Assembly (NCBI GenBank): GCA_043228905.1
Contig: JBHGNT010000022.1
Location: 992,001 to 1,056,000, forward strand
Length of the DNA stretch: 64,000 bases
Direction of reading: 5' to 3'
Source: Azolla caroliniana
Taxonomy: Eukaryota; Plantae; Polypodiophyta
Positions 1 through 11,847 of the stretch are shown here, in pieces. The notes beneath the pieces were generated by a model. That model was not told the DNA's origin and did not search any database. It saw only the letters and a program-made list of their open reading frames with translations. The position numbers and the translations under genes were made by a program. How positions within the stretch are numbered: the stretch's first letter is position 1; each line of letters begins with the position of its first letter.

Positions 1-850
1 ATAATAACAACCACCACCCTAATAATAATAATAATGTAGAATAGAAGAAGAAGATCAACCACCAAGCCCTAATAATAAGGAACCCCCTCTTGGCCTCTCT
101 TTCCCTTTTAATAGGGAAGTGGGGAAAATGTAAAGACAAGTTTCGAAGCACCTCTCCCCTTTTTTCAACTCCAACTCCACTAATAATATCCCCTTTACTT
201 TTACTAGGACTTAAACCACAAAACATCCCTAACTACTTTGGGATATGCAGCATTATTATTTTCATATTTGTTTTTTACACTTATATATAGTCCCATCCTC
301 TCTAACTTTTCCACTACCTTTCTATCCTCCGATTTCCCACATCACAACGATCTAAATACCATGTGACGCGTGAGGAATAGGAAAGGATCTACATGAGCCC
401 ATGCCCACCCTCCAAGAGAATCATTGATCATCCACCACTCATTTCTTTTTTATAACATTTGGTGCCAGTTAGAACTATGGGATATACTTATTTCTTTACT
501 ACCAATTGTCGCAAAGGTATGTGTGTGTGTGTGTGTGTGTGTGAATTAGAGCAGGACCATTGGGGACTTAAACTAGAGAGGATGGGTTGCAACACTCAAG
601 TCCATTAAGTTGAGTGTTAGAGAATGTTAAATATCGATGTTCACATTGTCTTCCCAGTAAGAAGATGAAATTTTCTTCCTTAACATTTTATTTGTGAGAT
701 TGTATAAGTTTCAAGTTAGTGAATATGTATGTTTGCGCACACATTTCTATGCATGTCGTGTTTTAGTGTATGCATATGGATGGTTGTTTGTTGACAAGAG
801 AGGTAGGTATCTAATAATGAATAATAATAATAATATCATAAACTTATTGT

Positions 851-1658
851 TAGGGATCGGCAACGGTTCAGTTTAGGCTTACCCGGTTTGGCCTTATCCA
901 AGCCAAACCGGCTAAGCCTAAACCGTTTAGGGGTTTTCAAACCTGAACCAAACCAAACCAAACCGATCCCTAAACCGGTTTGGGAGAAAACAACAATACT
1001 CTTACATTGAATATTGAACTTCATAACACAATTCTATTACAATTTATCATTGAACTTCATAACACAATTCCGTTACAATTTATCATTGAACAATCCCCCT
1101 CCAATATGCTCCAAATGTAAAATAGTTACAAGGCTAAGAGAAAAACAACAAGAAAACATAAAATGAGAAATGCATTGTCTGTGTCGATGGACTGGTCACT
1201 GTTTGTGTCGAGAGTCCTATTACCTAAGTCGTATGTCTGTGTCGAGAGTCCTATTACCTAAGTCGTATGTCTGTGTCGAGAGTCCTATTACCTAAGTCGT
1301 ATGTCTGTGTCGAGAGTCCTATTACCTAAGTCATCACTCTGGAGTCTATGTGTAGACAATAGAATCGTGACTCGTGACTAGTTACAAGTTAAAACTTAGA
1401 CTTGAGTTAGAACTTAGACTCGTGATTAGTTAGAAGTTAGAACTTAGACTTTAGTAATAAACTATAGTAATTACTAATTAAATCACTTAGATAGCTTAGA
1501 CGGCTTGAGCTGGTTTGGTGAGGCTCGAGCTGAGCCGAGCCGAGCTCAAACCGTTAAGGCAGGCTCAAGCCTAAACCGAGCCGAGCCAGGCTACTAAGCC
1601 GCTTTAAGCCGGTTAAGCCAAACGGTTTAGGCTTGAGCCGAGTCGTTGCCAATCCCTA
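851..1658. mobile_element. Non-autonomous hAT element (MITE), internal-deletion derivative of the hAT family at 55503-59058
   Basis: TIRs TAGGGATCGGCAACG...CGTTGCCAATCCCTA. The 8-bp TSD CTTATTGT lies at 843-850 and 1659-1666. Both arms align by eye to the ends of 55503-59058, with the junction near 1174. Confidence 0.93.
1204..1332. repeat. 34-bp tandem repeat (about 3.8 copies) inside the MITE
   Basis: Unit TGTGTCGAGAGTCCTATTACCTAAGTCGTATGTC starts at 1204, 1238, 1272 and 1306, with no spacers. Confidence 0.95.
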
Positions 1659-2609
1659 CTTATTGTTATGAATATTATTTATTTATTATATTATTATCAC
1701 GATTGTTATTATTATTATTATTATTATATTTACTTGTATACTTATGTACTTACTTACTTAAATATTCAAATAGACTCTCTTTTTTGTTGTTTTTTTATAA
1801 TTGCTAAAATCATTTATCTATTTACTTAATTAAAGTTAAAATTACTACTATCAAAATATTATTATTCTATATCTTCTTCTTTTTTTAATTTTTTTACTTA
1901 AATTTACTAATTATTTTTTTATCCTTTTATTTATTTTTATTTTTTATTTTTTTATTTTTATTTTTATTTTTTTTGTAATTTTAATAACATGACAAATGAC
2001 AACGACAATGCAAGCATGGCAGAAGCAACGTGACAGCTGATAGCAACAATACTGAAAGAGAAGGGACTAGTGGGAATTTGAACGCTTGGTCGAAGGGGGG
2101 CCTTTGACCAGAGTCGAAGGCTCCCCTTTTTCCTTTATTACCATTCATGCCCCTCAATAGTTTTTGGTAGCCTCGTGAAGATGCCATGAAAGGTAATTAA
2201 AAAAACATCGAAGTTTTAAAATATTTATATTTTTGACCTTCACAAGGGGCATGAAAGGTAGTTAAAGAAATTTACGTAAGTTTTAATCATTTTTAATAAC
2301 TTTTGGCGTATCCTCAAGCATTGTCCAACGAATGAGAAGTTGGCTACTTCATGCGTGGAGGTCAGAATTAAAATCCAAAAAACCTGCCGCGATCCTCGTG
2401 ATGGAGCTTTCATATGGACGTGACAAGTCTTCCGATGAGATGGCTCAATGATTTTCTATACGCCAATTTCGCACTAAAATTCATGTAACTTTGTTTCACG
2501 AGCTCGGAATTTTGTGACCATCCTCGTGGTGAAGCCTTTTACTAGATACTCAAACAAGGATTTGCACAAAATAATAGAAATATATATTACATTGAAATTT
2601 TGTAAACTT

Positions 2610-2868
2610 CTTCTTCTTCTTTTTTCCCAAAATGAAGCTACTTTCCCATTAGTTAGGTAGGATTATTACAAAGAGACTGTACAAGGAGGCTTAAACAGAG
2701 ATCGGGGAATCCCCCTCCGATCAAGTTCAAGAAATTGAGACTAGTTACATCGCCTTTCGGACTGACTACTTAGTGTAAGTACCTACAGCTAAAACAATGC
2801 CCTGCAGTGATGGCTAGTATGAGACAACTCTTGGGATCGACAACAGAGGGAGGGGGGTAAGTTAGCCA
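2610..2868 (-). mobile_element. Short retroposed insertion (5'-truncated LINE 3' end or SINE)
   Basis: 15-bp direct repeat AAATTTTGTAAACTT at 2595-2609 and 2869-2883. The left end is a T/CTT tract, i.e. an A-rich tail on the minus strand. Confidence 0.75.
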
Positions 2869-3139
2869 AAATTTTGTAAACTTATGTAAGTTTATGAGGG
2901 TGTGTATGTACAACAAGAAGATTCTCAACTCCGTTACATGGAATGAACAAGAGAAAAAAAAAAGAATGCGAAAATAGAAGTAAATGGAGAGGATAAGATC
3001 ACGAGTATAAAATCTTCACTTTTTATCCACTTGCATGCTCTACTTTTTCTATGGCACTTGACAAGTGCCTAATTCTAGCAAAAAGCTAAATGAAGCTAAT
3101 TATAATGTCACCATTCCATTCATTCAATGGTCCAAGTAA

Positions 3140-3196
3140 GGCTCAAACCTCTAACCTCCCTCTCATAATACAAGCTCTTACCAATTGAGCTAAACC
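3140..3196 (-). other. Degenerate tRNA-derived (SINE head or pseudo-tRNA) relic
   Basis: Minus strand reads GGTTTAGCTCAATTGGTAAGAGC...AGAGGTTTGAGCC, giving A-box-like and B-box-like motifs at tRNA spacing. No intact cloverleaf is evident. Confidence 0.45.
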
Positions 3197-4049
3197 TTCC
3201 CATTATTTTTAGTTCCAAAACGCATAAGTCACTTTCTTATCACACCCTTCTAATTTAACTTTTAATATATATCAAACGTAAAATCCTCCTATGCTCTACC
3301 AACATCATGACACCATTACTCAAATTTCCATGCTAATTTTTGGTGAAAGTGTGTCTAGTTCTCATTTAAGAAATAAACAAAGTGATTCGATGAATAAAGG
3401 AAAACTATGCCAAACATTCTCATCATGGGTCCTCTACTTGACCATGAACTCGATGCCAATCCTAGGGATCACATAACTTATTCTTTCTGCCTTTCACCTT
3501 TGTACATATTGACACATTCCCAACGCACATACTCACCCAAATACAAACACATAAACGTACACATAAGAGTGCACAACCACACACATTTATTAAGAAGTAT
3601 ACACAGAATCCTGTTTTGCACATGCACTTGTACATAAACATTTAACATATATACATTTTGAAAGTTGTGGCAGGTATATGCATTACATGAGTACAAAAAT
3701 ATGTATTACACATAGGGGCACACACAAACCAACAAACTCAATTGTATGAGAATTACTCACATTACCCATAGAGGTGCGCACACGCAACATATTGTCACAC
3801 ACATAGAATGTACATTTATATGTGTGGTCTTGCAAACTTAGGCAAAGACTAGGAGCACAACCATGTGCTAACATATCACTCAACAATCACAAACCTCATT
3901 AGTACACTTGGAAACCTTACTACTTGTAGACGAGTAGATATTATCGAATACTCACTACGACATTTGCTATGTGGGCAAATCTCAAGAAGTTATACTAGCC
4001 ACAACATGGTACGACTAAGTTACATACATTAGGTGCATTATTTAATATG

Positions 4050-7000
4050 TCTTTATTGTAGGAAGAGACGAAGATGTGCATACCTTCCTAACTACTTGGG
4101 AGGAAGTCATGGATGATGCTATCACCGATGTCAATCTCATTTGAGAAGATATAAAGATAGGCTTGATACTAAACAAGCTTCCTAAATCATGGGGGACATT
4201 CACTAGCATGCATAAATCACTTTCAGAGTTACAAAAATCCTTCATATGAGGACATTCGACGACAAAAGAAAGTGGCAAATAAGCCAATAGCCATGGCTAC
4301 TTCAATCAACATATATCAACAATATCAACTAGCAAACCAAAAATTATATAAATATTGGAAAGGCAATGCTCATGAGTCGAAAAAATCAAGTAACAAGAAT
4401 GATGGGCAAAGAAGTTATACACATGACACACAAAAAAGTGGAAGCTTCAAGGTCACATGGGGTATTGTAAAAGGGATGGACATAGACAAAGTGTGTCAAT
4501 TCAAGCAAGTTTATCTAAATAAAGTACGCCGACCACAAGCACACAATGTGGAAATCCAAGAAGTTAATAAGGATAAATGTGAATATTCCTCAGATAATAA
4601 AGAATATCAAAATGAAGAAGTATACATCTAAGCATTTCATGTCGATACCAATGGCGGAAAGACATGACATCATGATACTTGGTTTCTTGATATAGGTGTT
4701 ACACACCATCTTATATATCGAAAGGATTGGTTGAAGGAGTATCAAGAATTTTCAAGCCCAATGAGGGTTGTATTTGGAGATAATGGACGAAAACTAGTTG
4801 TGGGAAAGGTAACATTTGTTTGATAATGGCAAACAATTGTCACATAAAAATTATAGATGTATATCATGCACCTACAAGTGCCAAAGAACTTGTTGTCAAT
4901 TGGACAAGCTACTAACAATGGGTTGACTATTGAATTCAATGAGAACAGGGCTATGATACATCTCTATAAAGACAAGACTAAAGCAATAGTGTATTCCAAG
5001 CAAGGTCACCTATATCTTGTAACAGCAGATAGAAGTGTTATCAATTGAGATATATCATACCCATTATCGACATAATGTTTTCCCCACATACCTTTGGCAT
5101 TGTGGGCTTGGTCAAATACATATTTTGAGCACTACAAAAATGTCAAAAACTAAAATATGAAAGAGGCTTGCCAATTGTAAGTTTTGAAACCTTTAATGGG
5201 TGTCTTTATGGAAAATTGTTTTCATAAAAAATCTGACAACGAGAGCTTTCCAAAAATATCTTATATGACAAATTTGGATACTATCTGATGAAGAAGTTAT
5301 GAACTTTTTTCTCTACCTAAATCTTCATATCCACACCTTGCTTTTTTCTACTTTTGAAAAATGCCTCGAACTTTATATCCCTTCAAGTTCCGTCCTCCTT
5401 TAATACTTGATCCTTTCATATCACACTTTATTCTTAGACATTTAAGCATCCAACATATTTGCAATAGTTTTTTCTTTCGAACAAAAACTGACTTCACATT
5501 TAGCCTACCCAAGTTACACAATTACTACTAAGCCACTACAACTAGTGCATTCTAATCTATGTAGTCCACTTTCTATTCCATCCATGACCGGTGCAAAATA
5601 CTTCATTAAATTTATAGATAACACCACAAGATTCACAATAGTCAATTTCTTGAAGCATAAGGGACAATCATTTAGGGCATTTAAAAGCCTTGTAAAAACT
5701 ATACAAATCATATAATCAAAGTCATATGTAGTGATAATGGAGGGGAGTTTACTTGAGAAGAGTGGGAAACGTTTTGCCAACGACATGGAATCCTTCATAA
5801 AAAAATCAATAACATACACCCCTCAACAAAATGGGGTTGTTGAAAGGAGTCCTCAATGCAACTTGAAGCATGCTAACAAGAAGCAAAATGCACCTCCAAT
5901 TTTGGGAAGATGCACTAGAAACAACATGTTATCTACAAAAGAGGACCCATCATCATGTTCTAGAAGGAGTTATACCATTCACATTATAGCATGATCAATC
6001 TGTTGATGTGTCACATCTCAAAGTCTTTGGAGTAGTAGCATATACCTATATGCACTCAAAAATTTGGTTGAAGCTAGAGAATCATTGCATCAAAGGGAGG
6101 TTTATCGGGTATGGAGACCCCTATGAAGTAAAAGCATACATGATTTACCTCCCCCAATCAGATAAAATTGTATTTACTCCCCCTGTTAAATTTGGTGAAG
6201 AGTTTGTCCTTTATGGTAGTTTGGAAGATCACAAATCTCATCCTCAAAGGGCACCTCATCTAACATATTTTAGCCAATGATGACCACAATGGAAAAAGAA
6301 ATATGTAATATTAGAAACAGACAGACCACAAAGGAAAACTTTAAAACAACCACATACTGACATAAGCATGGTTAAAGAAGTCAACTCAAAAGGAACACAA
6401 CAAGACCTCGAGGAGAAAGAGTAATTGTGTAGAGAAACTCATAACAATCTTGAATCCACCATCAAGACACACAACAAAATCCATCAGGAAAATCAAGAAA
6501 ACTTAGCACTATCAAACTCTACAAAAAACATGACCATGAAAAAGTGTGGTGGGCATGGACACCAACAACAAAACCAAGGCATACAATAAATTCATCATGG
6601 AGACCCCTTACCTAGAGCTACAATCAAGTCGAAGGCATTTCCAAATTTGAGGATCCTTGTCTGGATGAACTTGGAATATGCGAAAAGGAAGAGGCTTGCA
6701 CAATCAAACACCATAAGAAAGTTGAAATCAAGCCCTTTACACCATCATCGACAACATCAAAGAAGACCTCTCAAAACACTTCATTGATGAAGTTGGATAG
6801 TGCATATGGACATTTGCATTATACATGGAAGATGAAGGAGGGGATATTGTATTGATCAACGATCTTAAGCAAGCACTTTGGAGCATAGAAAAATAATCTT
6901 GGATAGATGTTATGGAGATAGAGGTAGTTCTTACAAAAAGTAAGATGTGGACTCTTGTCCTTTAATTGCCTAACACCAACATTGTCAGTTGCAAATGGCT

Positions 7001-7425
7001 ATTTACCAAGAAGTGTGATGCTCAGCAAACTCCAATTAGATTCAAAGCTTGAATTGGCGGATCGAGGACTTTCACAAATTCCCGACATCGACTAACATGA
7101 AGCTTTCTCACCTAGGTTGAGGATCATGTCTCTTCGTCTATTTCTTGCAATATCTACATACCTCAATTTGGAAACAACCTTTTTTTCATGGATATTTAGA
7201 AGAGAATATATACATGGAACAACCCAAAATGGTTGGAAGATGACATGTATCCTAACTATGTATCCAAGCTACACAAGCCACTATATGGATTAAAACATTC
7301 TCCAAGACAATGGTATTCTAGGCTACAAAGTTGTTGCTAGATGCCAAATTCAAACGACTTTACTCTTAACCCAACCTATATGTAAGGAAGACAAAAATAA
7401 AAATTCATCATCTTAGGAGTATATA
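4050..7425 (+). mobile_element. Heavily degenerate Ty1/copia internal region (gag-PR-INT-partial RT), no LTRs recognised
   Basis: Motifs in copia order: LNKLPKSW (~4165), WFLDIGVTHHL (~4680), YTPQQNGVVER (~5815), SHLKVFG (~6010), LHKPLYGLK (~7270). It is truncated just before YVDD and has many stops and frameshifts. Confidence 0.85.
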
Positions 7426-8766
7426 AAGTGTCTCGGAAGGTTAGGAAAGTTCTCTGTGGTATATACCCAAGGAAGAGGTTCCTTGTCCCTAATTCATTTT
7501 TCACATGTAGGTAAGCTAAACCCTAAACCCTAAACCATCCGGCCCAAATGCCTCACACATGAACACATGAACACATGAAGCAAAGTAGAAAGAAAATACT
7601 TTTTGTTTCTAGTTTCTATGTCCTTCCTTATTTTACATATGTGTTTTGTTTGGTTTTCAAAATACTCTGTTTTTATGCTTTTAAAAAATACTCTGTTTCT
7701 TTTCTATTAGTTTTGTTTGCTTCCTTTTGTCTTCCATTCTATTTCTTTCTTCTAATCCTCTGTTTCCATTGATTCTTCTTCTTACTCAATCCACACTTTC
7801 TTCTTCCATCTATAGTTCCTCCTTCTTTCTAATCCTCTGCTTTCCATTGATTCTTCTTCTTCTTCTTCAATCTATAGTTTCCACTACTTTCAAATCCTCT
7901 GTTTCCATTGATTCCTAAAGTCTTCTTCATCTTTAAAATCCTCTTTCATCTTTTGTTGCCTAAAACCCTAATCTTCATCTTAAAGCCCAAACCCTAATAT
8001 TCATCTTCTGTGTCCAAAACCTTAACCCTCTTCATCCCTGTGACGTCAAAACCTAATTTTCATCTTTGTGACCTGAAAAACCTAATCCTACATGTTTGTG
8101 ACTTCAAACCCTAATCTCCGTTATGGTGGCCAAAGACCCTAATGCCCCATCTTTCTGCTCAAGATCATAATCTTTATATTTGTGCCTCTAAAACCCTAAT
8201 CTCATCATTCTTTCAATATATGTCCAAAAGCATTAAATCACCATAACCATCATCAACATCAACAACACCCATCACCATCACTATCACTATCATCATCACT
8301 GATGAAACATTTAGGAAAAGCCGGCCTTTTCCGACATGTTTCATTCAGGATTAGCTGTTTTTACACATTTTGGACATGGTAATGGTAGCAGACATACATT
8401 AAAAAGAAGCATTGGGGGCAAAATGCAGCATGATATGTAGAAGGCAGTTAAGTTCTTCAGTCATGTCAATGGTAGAAACCATTGTAGTGAAAGTGGATAA
8501 TGTGGACATGGTCTCAATGTGATGAGAGGAAGAGGAATTTGGAGGCATTTGTGGAGGTTATGTGTAGGTCCCTCAAAGAAAGAAAGAAAGAGACATTTGC
8601 TTCATTGTCCCATCACCATGTTTTTGAAGAGTTTTTCGGAACCACATGTTACCGATGCCAATGACTCGCAAGGTCCCGTGGTTTGCTTTCATACAAGTTG
8701 TGGGGAAGAAGTAGCTAGGCGAAGTCTTGGTGTAACGGATCGATGCCAGTGCCCAAGGGGAAAAAA

Positions 8767-9300
8767 GAGCAATTGGACGAGTTTAGACATGTGCCATTGT
8801 CTGCATTGGGAAATGCCATACCGACATGGTTCCTTGGGCGCGAGCAATTGGACGGGTTAGACTGACACGGTTTCGTGGGTGCGAGCAATTGGACGGGTTT
8901 AGATGCATGCCATTGTCCGCATCGGGGAATGCCAAACTGACATGGGTCCTGGGTCCTTGGGCACGAGCACTTGGTCGAGTTTAGACGCATGCCATTGTCC
9001 GCATTGGGGAATGCCAAACCGGCAAGGGTCCTTGGACATGAGCGATTGGATGAGTTTAGACGTGTGCCATTGTTTGGATTGGTGTTGAATACGAAGCTTT
9101 GTTATGCCCATCCCCTTGTGTTACAAGGCTTTTGGAGGTGTCGAATTGAAAGGCGCAACGATGTTGGTGTCGGTAGAACCTAGTGGTCACCTTGATATTG
9201 AATATGATGCTTTGTTATGCCCTTCCCCTTGTGTAGAGGCTTCTAGAGGTGTCAGATTGAAAGATGCAACGTTGTTGGTGTCAATAGAACCTAGTGGTCA
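8767..9300. repeat. Degenerate ~75-bp tandem repeat followed by a ~114-bp duplication
   Basis: GAGCAATTGG-like unit starts near 8767, 8842, 8883, 8964 and 9040. GCTTTGTTATGCCC...TAGAACCTAGTGGTCA occurs at ~9096 and ~9208. Confidence 0.75.
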
Positions 9301-11292
9301 ATTTGTATATACAAACGAGAAGGATGAGTTCATCGAGGATGTTCTCAAAGAACTTTTCAAGTGTATTGTGGCAATGTTGGCCCAGGGACACACCTACCTC
9401 TTAAAAATGAACTCTTTTCTAAGTGAAGGAATAATGGTATCACCACACTTATAACTTGTAAAAATGTATTGAAGCAAAACCTATGGCAGCTTTATACCCA
9501 AAAGATGTCAAGCCTCTTCTACCATAAGTAGTCTAATAGAAAGATATTTTCATGAACTTGCAAGATGGGTTCGTATAGAGACCGAGGTACATGTTATGTG
9601 CCCATACTATACTATCAAACCAATAGGGCAACACAAAGCTAGGTATTGAAGCAAAGTTTTCTCTCACCTTCTAGGTATGGAAGCAAAGTTTTCTCTAAAT
9701 TACTAAGTATCGAAGTAAAATGAGAACTTTGCATACTTAGAGCCAAAAGATTTTGCAAGCTATTAAGAAGAGGTAGATTTGGGCCTCAAATACATAATAT
9801 AACTTTCTATCCCTCTTTCTCTAGAGATGGTTTTCACCATGTCATATGTGCCTAGCATATGCATATCATTGGGTGCTTTTGGTAATGAGTGAACACACAA
9901 CTTGTACCAATGAAGAGAATTTACCTTAATTATCTAGATGTATACCCATCAAAATATTCTTAATTCCAAATTAATATTCTTCCATGTTGATGAAGGTTTC
10001 ATCCAAATACTTAGGAATGAGTCTGGATAATAGAATGAATGAAAGTGAAAGAGTAAGGAAAATGAATGATGGAAACCTTGGTTTGTTTTCATTATGACCC
10101 AACTTCAATCATTTGAGTTCAAGGTTGGAAAACTTTGTTTCTTTGTCTTAATTTCACTTGTCATATCTATGCATGAACTTTGCGATTCAAACTAGTGAAT
10201 GAACAAGTAGGTCTACAAAATCAATGTCAATGAAAGCGGTACATAATTGTATAGTTGTTCTTTGTGCTATATTAAAATTTCAAACATGAATTAGATGACA
10301 CCTAATCCTCATCTCAAATCCTTCATGGTCATTAGTTGTGAAGTCATCATGATGCCCTATTCCCAGTGGCCACCAAGACAACTATTTCACCAAGTAACAT
10401 TGTTCTAGATGTTGAAGTGACATAAGTGTACACTTTTCTAGTTAGTCAAACAACAACTTGTGGATATCTAGACAATGTTACATGATTGCATCAACATGAA
10501 CACAAGATTTATTTTTTTCCCAAGAAAAATTTGCTTCCCATTAGTTAGGTGAATCACATATACAAATTAGGCTATGTACACTCTAAGTATCTTTGGATAC
10601 TCTACTATTTACATGTCGTTTTCATATATAATTGGCTACCGTCGTTTTAGATCAAAAAAGGTGGGGCAATTGTTATCCACATAACATCAAACAGTTGCCT
10701 GACAAAACCAGTTATTTTTCAACAAGAACACAAGATATTATTTGCATGTCAATGTATTTGCCACTATTATATTTTGCAATTATTAAATACATCATAGAAA
10801 CTTCAATCTCATGTTGACGTGTTGATATCCCTCCTTTGTGTTCTAGTTACTACTATGATGCATATGTACATGGTCAACAAAAGATCATGGGTGAGATTGT
10901 TTCACTTTGGTTGAATAAATGGCCACCTCATTTGTAACCATCCGTGAGGTTGTTTCACTTTGGTTGAACAAGTGATCACCTCATTTGTAACCTTCCGCAA
11001 CATGTACTAAACATTATACTTTGCAACTATTAATTACATCATAGAAATTTCAATCTCATGTTAACGTGTTGATATGCTTCCTATGTGTTCTAGTTATTGT
11101 TGTGATGCAAGTATATTGTTGATGAATAACACGAGGGGTGAGGTTGTTCTTGTGCAAGCAAATTCTCAATTTCATTGGACAAGTGGCCTCCTCGTGTGTA
11201 AGTTGTAACCCTTGGTGACATGTACTAGCTCACATTCCTTTGCATCTAGTCAATCTTCAAGTCATTGCTATAGAAGACATTTACAAAATCAT

Positions 11293-11479
11293 CATGCACC
11301 AAGGAAAGAAGGTGACATGAAATGACAATTCATGATCAAACAAATTAAAGGTGTCTTTGCAAGTGTAATGAACAATGCCTAAAAAACCTTTATGGACAAA
11401 TCAAATCCTTTTTCAAAATTTGAAAAGTTGAAGATTGTTAACACTTTTAGTGGGCACGTGTGAGATGGATGGCCATGCA
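11293..11479 (+). promoter_or_regulatory. Candidate G-box/ABRE plus RY elements upstream of steroleosin
   Basis: CACGTG at 11455-11460 and CATGCA at 11474-11479 and 11293-11298. Function is inferred. Confidence 0.4.
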
Positions 11480-11847
11480 AACTTTACATTGAGTTAACTT
11501 TCCTTTTTAGTCTATGTTTAGTACTATTTTGACATTTGGTCATCATCAACATCTACCCAATCAATTAAGCGCTCAATAATATTTAGATCTTCGATAGATC
11601 AAGAGCCTCCATCCAAGCTATAACCTAATCTAATCACAATTAATTCCATTCAATCAACTCATAATCAATCCGGTTATAAATCTTGAATTACTAAATACAC
11701 ATGTTGCAGAGTAGAAACCTTTGTGGAATGTTAATTGTATAATTCTACTCTTTGTGGAACGTTAATTGTATAATCAGGTGCTGAGAAGAACAAGAAGAAG
11801 AGGAATCTTCTACCAAGTGGAATACTCTAGTAATTCCTCAAAATCCC

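Noticed and set aside
591-618. 9-bp inverted repeat AACACTCAA/TTGAGTGTT
   Set aside because: Too short and isolated to distinguish from chance.
1204-1332. CRISPR-like 34-bp repeats
   Set aside because: The units are head-to-tail with no spacers, lie inside a plant MITE, and no cas genes are present.
3140-3196. Functional tRNA gene
   Set aside because: The acceptor and anticodon stems cannot be formed convincingly, so it is kept only as a relic.
7517-7536. Telomere-like (TAAACCC)n here and (TTAGGG)n near 27969-27986
   Set aside because: Only 2-3 units each. They are consistent with common telo-box motifs, not an interstitial telomere.
10767-11230. Local ~250-bp duplication; similar small duplications at 14860-15560, 16540-16720, 30695-30792 and 63716-63822
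   Set aside because: These are ordinary degenerate tandem duplications with no TIR, TSD or coding signal.
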